From Candidatus Lindowbacteria bacterium RIFCSPLOWO2_12_FULL_62_27 (GTDB taxonomy: Bacteria > Lindowbacteria > 2-12-FULL-62-27), in contig MFPR01000028.1 of the NCBI GenBank assembly GCA_001784175.1, forward strand, positions 163,955 through 227,954: a stretch of DNA of 64,000 nucleotides, read 5' to 3'. Both the position numbers and the translations under genes were made by a program. A model generated the notes under the pieces. That model was given only the letters and a program-made list of their open reading frames with translations, did no database searches and was not told the DNA's origin. This document shows, one piece after another, positions 54,781 to 64,000 of this stretch (position 1 is its first letter; every line of letters starts with the position of its first letter).

Positions 54781-57336
54781 ATGAGTGAGTACGATCCGCA
54801 GAGGATTGAGACCGAATGGCAGGAGGCGTGGCGCCGGCGGGGGTTCTGGCCGGCGCCGGCGCGTCCGGCGCCGGCGAGGAAATACTATTGCCTGGTGATG
54901 TATCCGTATCCCTCGGGGCGGATTCACATGGGGCACGTGCGCAACTACGCGATCGGCGACGCGCTGGCCCGGTACCGCCGGCAGGAAGGCTGTGAGGTGC
55001 TGCATCCGATCGGATGGGACGCGTTCGGACTTCCCGCCGAGAACGCGGCGATCGATCGCGGGATTCATCCGGCGAAATGGACCTACGACAACATCGCGCA
55101 CATGAAGCGGCAACTTCAGCGTCTGGGGATCTCCTACGATTGGAGCCGCGAGGTGACCTGCTGCGCGCCCGACTATTACCGGTGGGGCCAGTGGTTTTTC
55201 CTGAAACTTTATGAGAACGCGCGGGCCCTGGCCTACCGCAGCGAGGGTTTGGTGAATTTCTGTCCGAGCTGCGAGACGATTCTTGCAAACGAGCAGGTGG
55301 AGGAGGGCCGGTGCTGGCGGTGCGAGAGCGTGATAGAGCTTCGGCGGCAGAACGAGTGGAAACTCCGGATCACCGCCTACGCGGAGGAGTTGTTGGGGGG
55401 GCTGGACGATTTGAAAAAGGGCTGGCCGTCCCAGGTGCTCGAAATGCAGCGGAACTGGATCGGCCGGTCGACCGGCGCGCATATTGTGTTTCCGGTTGTG
55501 GGGGAGGAAGCCGCCGCGTTGACCGTGTTCACGACGCGCGTGGACACGCTGTTTGGCTGCACGTACATGGTGCTGGCGCCGGAGCATCCGCTGACCGGCA
55601 AGCTCTGCGATCTGGGACGATGTTCGGCGTCGGGGCGGCGCGAGATCGACGAGATGATGCGGACGTCGAAGGCGCGGCGGACGGATGAGTCGGCCGAGAA
55701 GGTGGGGGTCGACACGGGCGCGCGCTGCGTGAATCCGGCGACGGGGGATCAGATTCCGATTTATGTGGCGAACTACGTGGTGATGGACTACGGCACGGGC
55801 GCCGTGATGTGCGTGCCGACGCACGACCAGCGGGATTTTGAATTTGCGAAGAAGTACGGGCTGCCGCTCAGGGTGGTGATTGAGCCGCCGGGCGTAACGT
55901 TAAAGGAGAGCGAGATGCGCGCCGCCTATGAGGGAGACGGTGTCCTTGCCCGATCGGGTCCCTTTGACGGCCTGTCCAACCGCGAGGCGATGGAGAAAAT
56001 GGCCGGGTGGCTGAAAGACCGCGGGCAGGGCGGCCCGACGGTGACGTACCGGCTGAGGGACTGGGGCATTTCGCGGCAGCGGTACTGGGGCAATCCCATT
56101 CCGATCGTGTATTGTGACGGGTGCGGGATTGTTCCAGTTCCGTATCCGGATTTGCCGGTGCGATTGCCGGAGCAAGCCGTTTTTTCAGCGCACGGCGGCA
56201 ACCCGCTGAACAAGGCGGCGGATTTTGTGAATACGGCCTGCCCGTCGTGCGGCAAGCCGGCGCGCCGGGAGACGGACACGATGGACACGTTCGTGGACTC
56301 GTCGTGGTATTTCGCGCGCTACACGGACCCGACCAACGCCGAGTCTCCTGTCGACCGGGACAAGGCCGACGCGTGGCTTCCGGTCGACCAGTACATCGGC
56401 GGTATTGAACACGCGTGCATGCATCTTTTGTACGCGAGGTTTTTCCACAAAGTGATGCGCGATCTCGGCCTCGTTTCGAGCGACGAGCCGTTCGCGCGGC
56501 TTCTCACGCAGGGCATGGTGCGGAAGGAGACGCATGCGTGCGCGCAGCACGGGTATTTGTATCCGGAGGAGGTGACCGCCGCACGCGCCTGCGGGAAGTG
56601 CGGCGCGGAGGTGTCCATCGGGCGTGTGGAGAAGATGAGCAAGTCGAAGAAGAACGTGGTGGATCCGGACGAGATGGTGAAAAAATACGGGATCGACACG
56701 ATCCGCCTCTTCATCCTTTTTGCGGCCCCGCCGGAAGGGGACCTGGACTGGAGCGAGTCCGGGGTGCAGGGGTGTTACCGCTTTTTGAAGCGGGTCTGGC
56801 GGCAGATCGATCAGGCCGGCGAGCCGGGGGATGCCTCCGGAGAAGATGCGCCCGCCGATCGGGTCGTTTATGTGAAGCTGCAGCAGACGATCGCGAAATT
56901 TCGTTCGGACATTTCCGGCCGGTTTCAATTCAACACCGCGATCGCCGCGTGCATGGAGCTTCTGAACGTTCTCGAATCAAGCGATGTCCGGCCCGCGATG
57001 CGTCGCTCCGCGATGAAGGCGATGCTCGCCCTGCTGTCGTCCCTCGTCCCGCATATTGCGGCGGAGGGCTGGCGCCGTCTCGGATTTCCGGGCGAAGCCG
57101 AAGCCGCGCCGCTGCCGGAACCGGACAGGTCCGCGCTGGTTGCGGAGCGGGTAACGATCGGGGTGCAGGTGAACGGCAAGATCCGCGACCGGATCGAGGT
57201 GGCCGCGGATGCGGACGAGTCGACGGTGGCGCGCGCCGTGCTGGCGCTGCCGAAGGTGGCGGAGATGATCAACGGGAAGCGGATCGAGAAGCAGATCTAC
57301 GTGCCCAAACGACTCTTTTCGGTGGTTGTGAGCTGA
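54781..57336 (+). CDS. leuS: Leucine--tRNA ligase
   Basis: PYPSG.IHMGH, GWDAFGLPAENAA, KMSKS. Confidence 0.97.
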   Translation: MSEYDPQRIETEWQEAWRRRGFWPAPARPAPARKYYCLVMYPYPSGRIHMGHVRNYAIGDALARYRRQEGCEVLHPIGWDAFGLPAENAAIDRGIHPAKWTYDNIAHMKRQLQRLGISYDWSREVTCCAPDYYRWGQWFFLKLYENARALAYRSEGLVNFCPSCETILANEQVEEGRCWRCESVIELRRQNEWKLRITAYAEELLGGLDDLKKGWPSQVLEMQRNWIGRSTGAHIVFPVVGEEAAALTVFTTRVDTLFGCTYMVLAPEHPLTGKLCDLGRCSASGRREIDEMMRTSKARRTDESAEKVGVDTGARCVNPATGDQIPIYVANYVVMDYGTGAVMCVPTHDQRDFEFAKKYGLPLRVVIEPPGVTLKESEMRAAYEGDGVLARSGPFDGLSNREAMEKMAGWLKDRGQGGPTVTYRLRDWGISRQRYWGNPIPIVYCDGCGIVPVPYPDLPVRLPEQAVFSAHGGNPLNKAADFVNTACPSCGKPARRETDTMDTFVDSSWYFARYTDPTNAESPVDRDKADAWLPVDQYIGGIEHACMHLLYARFFHKVMRDLGLVSSDEPFARLLTQGMVRKETHACAQHGYLYPEEVTAARACGKCGAEVSIGRVEKMSKSKKNVVDPDEMVKKYGIDTIRLFILFAAPPEGDLDWSESGVQGCYRFLKRVWRQIDQAGEPGDASGEDAPADRVVYVKLQQTIAKFRSDISGRFQFNTAIAACMELLNVLESSDVRPAMRRSAMKAMLALLSSLVPHIAAEGWRRLGFPGEAEAAPLPEPDRSALVAERVTIGVQVNGKIRDRIEVAADADESTVARAVLALPKVAEMINGKRIEKQIYVPKRLFSVVVS

Positions 57337-57371
57337 TTCGATCTTCGTTTATGTCGCGCCATCGTTCACGG

Positions 57372-57413
57372 CCCCCCTCACCTCAATCCTCTCCCCCCTG
57401 CGGGGGGAGAGGA
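57372..57413 (+). repeat. REP-like palindromic element
   Basis: CCCCCCTCACCTCAATCCTCTCCCCCCTGCGGGGGGAGAGG. Confidence 0.8.
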
Positions 57414-57427
57414 GGTGAGTAGACACA

Positions 57428-57855
57428 TGGCGTCCCTTTTCACGGTGACGGCCGTGATCCATTTTCTGGCGTTCAGCCTTTTCTTCGGCGCGTTTCTTTT
57501 GCGACTGGCCGCGGTCAAATTCCGCCAGCCACTCGGTGAGCCGCGCGCGGAGTGGGTCCGGAAGGTGGATACCGTTTATTTCAACATCGGCGGGATCAGC
57601 ATCATTGCGTTGTTCGGCAGCGGGATGATGAACGTTTTTTCGAACATATTCATGGGGATGCCGGTGGACCGGGGATACCTCGTGACGCTGGGCTGGAAGC
57701 TGGGCGTGGCGCTTCTGGTCATTTTATTTTTCATCGGCGATCTCATGATGTGCCGCCGGGAGAAGCATTCGCTTCCGATGCAACTGACGCAGGCCCTCCT
57801 GTTTTTAGCGACGGGGATTCTCGGATTTTTTCTGATCGAATGGCGGGCGAGCTGA
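57428..57855 (+). CDS. Four-TM membrane protein (CopD/DUF2269-like; start 57415 or nearby ATG)
   Basis: Four hydrophobic helices, H in TM1, SG in TM2, KL in TM3. Confidence 0.6.
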
Positions 57856-59393
57856 AGGACCCCGAGGGCCGGGCGCACCGCCTGGCGGTATCCGCCGTCT
57901 CGGGCGGCATTCTGGTATCGCGGGTGCTGGGATACGTGCGGGATGTCGTAATCACGGCGGTGTTTGGCGTCGGCGGTGTGACCGACGCGTATCTGGTGGC
58001 GTTTCTCATTCCGAATTTTTTCCGTCGTCTGGCCGGCGAAGGGGCGCTGGGGGCGAGTTTCATTCCGATCTTCGCCGAGAAGGACAAGACGAACCGTGAT
58101 GACGCGGAGCGGTTTGCGAGCCGCGCCATCAGTTACGTGTGTGTTGTTCTGACGATCGTGTGCGTTTTCGCCGCGGTCGGTTCATCCGTCCTGGTTTCGG
58201 TGTTTGCGCCGGGTCTTCGTCAGACTCCCGCCGTCTTCGACCTGGCCAGCCGGCTCCTCGCCGTGCTGTTTCCCTACCTGCTGTTGATGAGCCTCTACGC
58301 CGTGATCAGCGGGATGCTGAACAGCCGCGGCCATTTTGGAATCCCGGCCGTCGCGTCCGCGCTGGAGAACATCTCGGTCATCACCGCCGCCCTGGTTCTG
58401 GCGCCGCGGATCGAGGGCGGCCCGGAGGCGCGGATCTGGGGCCTGGCCGCCGGCGTGCTGGTGGGAGGCGTTTTGCAGGTGGGCCTTGTGTGGTGGACGC
58501 TGAGCCGTACTGGGTTCAGGTTTCGGCCATCCCTTCGGCGCAGCCCGGAGCTGGTCGAGATGTTGCTTCTCATGGTCCCGGCCGCCGCGACGCTTGTGGT
58601 GTATCAGCTCAACAACATCATCAGCCAGGGAATTGCCTCGTTTCTTCCGCGCGGCACGATCACCGTTTTGTATCTCGCCTACCGCGTCATCGAATTTCCC
58701 TCCGCGCTCTTCGGCACCGCCGTCGGCACCGTGACGCTGCCGAAAGCGGCGCAGGCCGGCAACGCGGAGGAGTTCCGCGCGATCCTGGACCGGTCGGTCC
58801 GGCTGTGCCTTCTGTGGATGGTCCCGTCGATGACGGCCTTCATATTTTTCTCCGAGCCGCTGATCCGTCTCATGTTCGAATACGGCAAGTTCACCGCGGA
58901 CAGCGTGTCGGGCGTGTCGGCCGCGCTTCGCGCATACGCCCTGGCTCTTCCGTTCATCGGGTTGTCGAGGATCCTGAGTTCCGCCTGTTACGCGGTCAAG
59001 TCACCCGGCGTGCCGATGCGCGCCGGCGCGCAGGCGGTGGCGGCGAACGTGATCCTGTCGATTCTGTTTGTCTGGGCGTTTCCGTCTCCGTACAAAGCCT
59101 GCGGGATCGCGCTTGGCATGAGCCTCGCGAGCATGGTGAATCTTGCGCTTCTGATCCGGCAGACTGCGCGGTCCGGGATACTGCGGGGATTCCAGTTGAA
59201 TGCGTTCCCGACGCCGGGCGTGCTTTTTCTCGCGTGTTCGCTGGTCTTTGCGATCCCGCTGTATTTTCTGACGCCGCACGTTCTGCGGCTGGCGCCCGGC
59301 GCGCTGAAACTTTCGACGGCCGTGCTCGTGTTCGTGTCGATCGGGGTTTACTTCTTGTGTGTGAGGCGGCTTGGGGCAGGTCAAAAAAAGTAA
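57840..59393 (+). CDS. murJ: Lipid II flippase MurJ
   Basis: SRVLGYVRD, IPNFFRRLAGEGAL..SFIP, many TMs. Confidence 0.95.
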   Translation: MAGELKDPEGRAHRLAVSAVSGGILVSRVLGYVRDVVITAVFGVGGVTDAYLVAFLIPNFFRRLAGEGALGASFIPIFAEKDKTNRDDAERFASRAISYVCVVLTIVCVFAAVGSSVLVSVFAPGLRQTPAVFDLASRLLAVLFPYLLLMSLYAVISGMLNSRGHFGIPAVASALENISVITAALVLAPRIEGGPEARIWGLAAGVLVGGVLQVGLVWWTLSRTGFRFRPSLRRSPELVEMLLLMVPAAATLVVYQLNNIISQGIASFLPRGTITVLYLAYRVIEFPSALFGTAVGTVTLPKAAQAGNAEEFRAILDRSVRLCLLWMVPSMTAFIFFSEPLIRLMFEYGKFTADSVSGVSAALRAYALALPFIGLSRILSSACYAVKSPGVPMRAGAQAVAANVILSILFVWAFPSPYKACGIALGMSLASMVNLALLIRQTARSGILRGFQLNAFPTPGVLFLACSLVFAIPLYFLTPHVLRLAPGALKLSTAVLVFVSIGVYFLCVRRLGAGQKK

Positions 59394-59429
59394 CCCCCCA
59401 CCCAACCTCCCCCACAAGGGGGGAGGGGG
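59394..59429 (+). repeat. REP-like palindromic element (variant)
   Basis: CCCCCCACCCAACCTCCCCCACAAGGGGGGAGGGGG. Confidence 0.7.
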
Positions 59430-59453
59430 TGAAAACAGAGCAATTCAAAAACA

Positions 59454-59481
59454 TTGACACCCCACCGTGTTTTGTTACAGT
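59454..59481 (+). promoter_or_regulatory. Sigma70-type promoter of the sdh operon
   Basis: TTGACA-16 bp-TACAGT with extended -10 TG; ends about 10 bp before the ATG. Confidence 0.5.
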
Positions 59482-59490
59482 GCGCGTTGT

Positions 59491-60291
59491 ATGAGTGATC
59501 CATCGGGCGCACAAGCGCGGAATCCGCTCTACCGGGCCGGGTTTGCCGTGACGGAACGCAGGGACTTGTGGTGGATGGAGCCCCTGCTGACGGTTCTGGG
59601 TCTTGGGGTCGGGTTTGGGTATCTGACGTGGGCTGCCTTCCTGGGGAACCCCGAACATGGGCATTACGGGCCGTATCTTTCCCCTGTCTACTCGCCGCCG
59701 GTGTACGAGTGGTTTCCGTCGATCATGACGTATCTGCCGGCGTTCGTGTCGCCGGCGCTGCTGATCCTGTGGGCGCCGGGCGGATTTCGCGCGACGTGTT
59801 ATTACTACCGCAAGGCGTATTACCGGTCTTTTTTTCTGAACCCCGCGTCATGCGCTGTCGGCAAGCCGTGGGAGAAGTACTGTGGCGAGACAGAATTTCC
59901 GCTGGTCGTGCAGAACATTCACCGGTATTTCATGTATCTGGCCGTCGTGATTCTGGCCTTTCTCTGGTACGACGCGTTGAAGGCTTTTACGCGCGATGGC
60001 CCCAAGGACTATGTGGCGGGCGCAGGCAGCGTTGTTTTGCTTCTGAATGCGGTGTTCCTGTCGCTGTACACACTGGGCTGTCATTCCCTGCGTCATTTGA
60101 TCGGCGGCTATCTCGACTGTTTTTCCACCTGCCCGACCTCGAAACTCCGGCACACGGCCTGGGGCGGCGTGACGTGTCTGAACGAGCGGCACATGCTGTG
60201 GGCGTGGGTGAGTCTGGGGTGGGTCGGATTCACGGACCTTTACATTCGTCTGGTGTCGTCCGGCCGGCTGGCCGATCCGGTGTTGTTTTAA
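59491..60291 (+). CDS. Succinate dehydrogenase membrane anchor, Sdh1 (Rv0249c-like) type
   Basis: GFRATCYYYRKAYYRSF, QNIHRY, GCHSLRHL, H..WAW; first gene before sdhA. Confidence 0.85.
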   Translation: MSDPSGAQARNPLYRAGFAVTERRDLWWMEPLLTVLGLGVGFGYLTWAAFLGNPEHGHYGPYLSPVYSPPVYEWFPSIMTYLPAFVSPALLILWAPGGFRATCYYYRKAYYRSFFLNPASCAVGKPWEKYCGETEFPLVVQNIHRYFMYLAVVILAFLWYDALKAFTRDGPKDYVAGAGSVVLLLNAVFLSLYTLGCHSLRHLIGGYLDCFSTCPTSKLRHTAWGGVTCLNERHMLWAWVSLGWVGFTDLYIRLVSSGRLADPVLF

Positions 60292-60294
60292 GCC

Positions 60295-62127
60295 ATGGAC
60301 AAATACGAAACGCACGAAAGCGACGTGCTGGTGATCGGCGCGGGCGGTGCGGGATTGCGCGCGGCCATCGAGTCGTCGGCGCAGGGCGCCCGGACGGCGC
60401 TCGTGTGCAAATCGCTTCTGGGGAAGGCGCACACCGTGATGGCGGAGGGCGGCATTGCGGCGGCGCTGGCGAACGTGGACGCGGAGGACGACTGGCGGGT
60501 GCATTTTCACGACACGATGGCCGGCGGCAAGATGCTCAACAACTGGCGGATGGCGGAGCTTCACGCGAAGGAGGCGCCGGATCGTGTGTACGAGCTTGAG
60601 CGCTGGGGCGCGGTGTTTGACCGGACCGGCGACGGCAAGATTCTCCAGAGGGCCTTCGGGGGCCACCGGTACAAGCGGCTGTCGCACGTCGGAGACCGCA
60701 CAGGCCTCGAGATGATCCGGACGCTTCAGGACAAAGGCGTTCATCAGGGGATAGACATCTATATGGAATGCACGATCACGCGCCTGTTGAAGGACGGTGA
60801 CCGGATTACCGGGGCGTTCGGATACTGGCGGGAGAGCGGCCGGTATGTCGTCTTCAAGTCAAAGGCCGTGGTTCTCGCGACCGGCGGGATCGGCAAGTCC
60901 TACAAGATCACGTCGAATTCCTGGGAATACACCGGCGACGGCCACGCGATGGCGTACGAGGCGGGCGCGGAACTGATCGACATGGAATTTGTGCAGTTTC
61001 ATCCGACGGGCATGGTGTGGCCGCCGGGCGTGCGGGGCCTTCTGGTGACGGAGGCCGTCCGGGGCGAGGGCGGGATATTGCGGAACTCCAAGGGCGAGCG
61101 GTTCATGTTCAAATACCTTCCGGAAGCGAACAAGAAGGATTTTGCGGAATCGGACGAGGAAGCGCGCCGGTGGGTGGACGAGGTGCTTGCGGGAAAGAAA
61201 CCGACCGTGCGCCGTCCGCCGGAGCTGTCGACGCGCGACAACGTGGCGCGGTCGATCTACACGGAGGTAAAGGAGGGCCGGGGATCTCCGCATGGCGGCG
61301 TGTTTCTGGACATCAGCTACCAGCCGGCGGAGCGCGTGAAGAAAAAACTGCCGAGCATGTATCACCAGTTTCTGGAGCTTGCGGACGTGGACATCACGAA
61401 GGAGCCGATGGAGGTGGGCCCGACGTGTCATTACAGCATGGGCGGAGTTCGAGTGGACGCGGACAGCGGAGCGTCTACCGTTCCGGGCCTGTTTGCGTGC
61501 GGGGAGGTGTCGGGCGGAATGCACGGCGGGAACCGGCTGGGCGGAAATTCGCTGTCGGACCTCGTGGTGTTCGGCCGGCGGGCCGGGCTTGGCGCGGCGG
61601 ACTATGCGAAGTCTGCCCCGTCGCCCCGCCCGGACGGCCGCGAGATCGAGGAGGCCGCGTCCATCGTATCGGCGCCGTTTGACCGGCCGGATGGCGAGAG
61701 CCCGTACGACATTCAGCGCGATCTGCAGACGGCGATGAGCGAGTTTGTCGGAATTTTCCGCACGGAGGCGGACTTGGAGGAGGGGCTGCGCCGGATCGAG
61801 ACCCTGAAGGCGCGCGCGAAGACCGTCGGTGTCGCCGAGGGAACGCGCCTGTACAATCCGGGCTGGCACCTGGCGCTGGATTTAAAAAATCTTCTGATTG
61901 TGAGCGAGGCCATCGCGCGCGCCGCGCTCCTGCGCAAAGAGAGCCGGGGCGCGCACAGCCGGCTGGACCATCCCAAAACGGACTCTCATTTCGGAAAAGT
62001 GAACCTTGCCGTCCGGAATGTGGGCGAGCGGATGGAAGTCCGGGAGACACCGCTCTTGGAGATGCCGGCCGAATTGAAGAAGGTCTACGACGAAGTCGAG
62101 ACCCCAAAAGCGGTCAAGGTTCCGTAG
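60295..62127 (+). CDS. sdhA: Succinate dehydrogenase/fumarate reductase flavoprotein
   Basis: GAGGAG, AHTVMAEGG, QFHPT, HGGNRLGGNSL, ESRGAH. Confidence 0.95.
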   Translation: MDKYETHESDVLVIGAGGAGLRAAIESSAQGARTALVCKSLLGKAHTVMAEGGIAAALANVDAEDDWRVHFHDTMAGGKMLNNWRMAELHAKEAPDRVYELERWGAVFDRTGDGKILQRAFGGHRYKRLSHVGDRTGLEMIRTLQDKGVHQGIDIYMECTITRLLKDGDRITGAFGYWRESGRYVVFKSKAVVLATGGIGKSYKITSNSWEYTGDGHAMAYEAGAELIDMEFVQFHPTGMVWPPGVRGLLVTEAVRGEGGILRNSKGERFMFKYLPEANKKDFAESDEEARRWVDEVLAGKKPTVRRPPELSTRDNVARSIYTEVKEGRGSPHGGVFLDISYQPAERVKKKLPSMYHQFLELADVDITKEPMEVGPTCHYSMGGVRVDADSGASTVPGLFACGEVSGGMHGGNRLGGNSLSDLVVFGRRAGLGAADYAKSAPSPRPDGREIEEAASIVSAPFDRPDGESPYDIQRDLQTAMSEFVGIFRTEADLEEGLRRIETLKARAKTVGVAEGTRLYNPGWHLALDLKNLLIVSEAIARAALLRKESRGAHSRLDHPKTDSHFGKVNLAVRNVGERMEVRETPLLEMPAELKKVYDEVETPKAVKVP

Positions 62128-62132
62128 CCTCG

Positions 62133-62867
62133 ATGCCGGAACAACGATCCTTTCGAGTTTTCCGCGGGGACGCGGGTGGCGGCCAGATGAAGGAATACAC
62201 GGTGGAAACAGGCCCGGGCATGGTCGTGCTGGACGCCGTCCATCAAATCCAGGCCACGCAGGCGCCGGACCTGGCCGTGCGGTGGAACTGCAAGGCCGCG
62301 AAGTGCGGATCGTGCAGTGCGGAAGTGAACGGCAAGCCGAAACTGATGTGCAAGACGCGCCTGGACGATCTGCCGGCGGACCGACCGGTGGAGGTGCGGC
62401 CGATGCGGACGTTTCCGTTGATCAAGGATCTGGTGACCGACGTTTCCTGGAATTATGAAGTGAACAAGAAGATCCCGCCGTTCACGCCGAAGCCGAACGG
62501 CGAGTGGCGATGGATGCAGGAGGACGTGGACCGCGTGCAGGAGTTCCGGAAATGCATTGAGTGTTTCCTGTGCCAGAACGTCTGCCACGTGTTGCGGGAG
62601 CATCAGAAGCAGCCCGAGTTTTTCGGCCCCCGTTTTTTTGTGCGCCTTGCCGCGCTGGAGATGCACCCGATGGACGCCGCGGACCGGCTGGACCTGACCC
62701 ATCGGCAATCGGGGGTCGGGTACTGCAACATCACCAAGTGCTGTACGGAGGTCTGCCCGGAGGACATCCACATTACGGACAACGCGATCATCCCGCTGAA
62801 GGAGCGCGTGGTGGACCGCTTTTACGATCCGGTCCGGCGACTCCTGCGGAAATTATTTCGGCGCTAA
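62133..62867 (+). CDS. sdhB: Succinate dehydrogenase/fumarate reductase Fe-S subunit
   Basis: CKAAKCGSC, CIECFLCQNVC, CNITKCCTEVCP. Confidence 0.95.
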   Translation: MPEQRSFRVFRGDAGGGQMKEYTVETGPGMVVLDAVHQIQATQAPDLAVRWNCKAAKCGSCSAEVNGKPKLMCKTRLDDLPADRPVEVRPMRTFPLIKDLVTDVSWNYEVNKKIPPFTPKPNGEWRWMQEDVDRVQEFRKCIECFLCQNVCHVLREHQKQPEFFGPRFFVRLAALEMHPMDAADRLDLTHRQSGVGYCNITKCCTEVCPEDIHITDNAIIPLKERVVDRFYDPVRRLLRKLFRR

Positions 62868-62870
62868 GGA

Positions 62871-62900
62871 TTGACAATCATTCCTCAGGTTTTATAGGAT
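62871..62900 (+). promoter_or_regulatory. Sigma70-type promoter candidate
   Basis: TTGACA-18 bp-TAGGAT in an AT-rich spacer. Confidence 0.4.
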
Positions 62901-63062
62901 ACGTGGTATTGGAAGGGCGTTCTATTCAAATTAGCTAAAAGTTCATAGCGACCACAACTTGGGAAGACATGGATCGAGCATCGGCGCGCCGCGCCGGATG
63001 CCAACGGAATCGATCATCCGACTGATCGAGCAGGGGAGATTTCTACACGGGAGGCGGGTTTC

Positions 63063-63533
63063 TTGGGCGGAAACAGCATTTTTGTCGTAGATGACGAACC
63101 GGACGTGCTTGAACTGGTCAAGGACCTGTTGACCATCAACCGGTACCGTGTGTGGACGTTCACGAGCGCCAAGGACATGATCGCGGGCCTGCGGGAGATC
63201 CGTCCGGACCTGATCGTACTGGACATCATGATGCCCGAGATGAACGGATACGAGCTGTGCAAGTTCATCAAAGGAAACGACAAGCTCAAAGGGATCAAAA
63301 TTTGTTTTCTTTCCGCCAAATCCGCGCCCGAAGACATTCAGAAGGGCAAGGAGATGGGCGCGGACGAATACATGACGAAACCTTTCGAAAACCGGAACAT
63401 GCTTGCGAAGATCAAGGCCCTCATCGGTTCGGCTTGGGAAGAGGCGGCCCCCAAACCCCGGGATGCAAAGCCGACCGCGTCGGTGATGACGACGAGCACG
63501 TTGAAGAAGCATAACGGCAACGGCATGATGTGA
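63063..63533 (+). CDS. Response regulator receiver protein
   Basis: VVDDE, LDIMMP.MNG, SA, KPF; GGGAGG before TTG. Confidence 0.9.
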   Translation: MGGNSIFVVDDEPDVLELVKDLLTINRYRVWTFTSAKDMIAGLREIRPDLIVLDIMMPEMNGYELCKFIKGNDKLKGIKICFLSAKSAPEDIQKGKEMGADEYMTKPFENRNMLAKIKALIGSAWEEAAPKPRDAKPTASVMTTSTLKKHNGNGMM

Positions 63534-64000
63534 CGTTTTTCCTCGCGCGCCGCTTCTTGTTTTCGCGCCACCGAAGCGGTTTCGTCCGGCTTCTGACCTA
63601 TCTCTCCATCGGCAGCGTCGGGCTGACGCTGGGCGCCTTCGTCATCGTGATGGCCGTGATGAACGGCTTTGACCGGGACCTTCAGGCGCGGATCATCTCG
63701 GGGACCGGCGCCGTGCGCGGGTTTCCACTGTCCGGATGGTTGAATTACACGGAAGACATTCAGCGCGCGGTTCTGGAGACGCCGGGCGTGACGAGCGCGT
63801 CGGCCGAGCTGCAGGTTTCCGGCCTGATGCGTCCGATTCCCGGCCGGCCCGGTCTTTCGGGACTGAGCGAAGCGGCCGTCACGGGGGTGGATGTATCGCA
63901 AAAGGCGCTCACCGGAACGCTTCGCCGTCAGTTGCAGGCGCAGTCTGTTTTTCCCGCCGACGAAGAAATCCTGCTGGGGTCCGCGCTGGCCGACAAGCTG
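63530..64000 (+). CDS. LolC/LolE-type lipoprotein-releasing ABC permease (3'-truncated)
   Basis: Translated by hand from GTG at 63530: MTFFLARRFLFSRHRSGFVRLLTYLSIGSVGLTLGAFVIVMAVMNGFDRDLQARI. Confidence 0.88.
   Translation, partial: MTFFLARRFLFSRHRSGFVRLLTYLSIGSVGLTLGAFVIVMAVMNGFDRDLQARIISGTGAVRGFPLSGWLNYTEDIQRAVLETPGVTSASAELQVSGLMRPIPGRPGLSGLSEAAVTGVDVSQKALTGTLRRQLQAQSVFPADEEILLGSALADKL

Overview
64 kb of a GC-rich diderm bacterial chromosome (LptD/E/F, Mla, LolC/E, MurJ). The lineage cannot be assigned from sequence alone. Both flanks are housekeeping: tRNA-Leu, holA, rpsT, yebC, ruvA, a MoxR/DUF58/BatA/VWA/DUF4159 operon, a partner-switching module at the head of mlaEFD, udg, priA, pepA, hisA/F/IE, leuS, murJ and an Sdh1-type succinate dehydrogenase. 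The centre (31.4-51.9 kb) is a surface-structure locus. It holds seven paralogous secreted Asp-Thr/Asp-Ser-rich proteins that share a DUF11-like module ending in (F/Y)xVV(I/V)(R/K); one also has a T9SS/FlgD-like C-terminal domain and lies next to a PorV-like barrel. The most unusual signal is non-coding. A ~1.25 kb hairpin-dense spacer (35133-36389) and the other spacers of this operon carry many complementary segments, several in nested antiparallel order. These could fold the ~13.5 kb transcript into one RNA core with each ORF looped out, including one site with mutually exclusive partners. Also seen: palindromic repeats inserted in-frame in udg and priA, heptamer repeats, a sigma54-type promoter with upstream direct repeats, and an apparent GC-skew reversal. 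All pairings and counts were made by eye and need computational confirmation.
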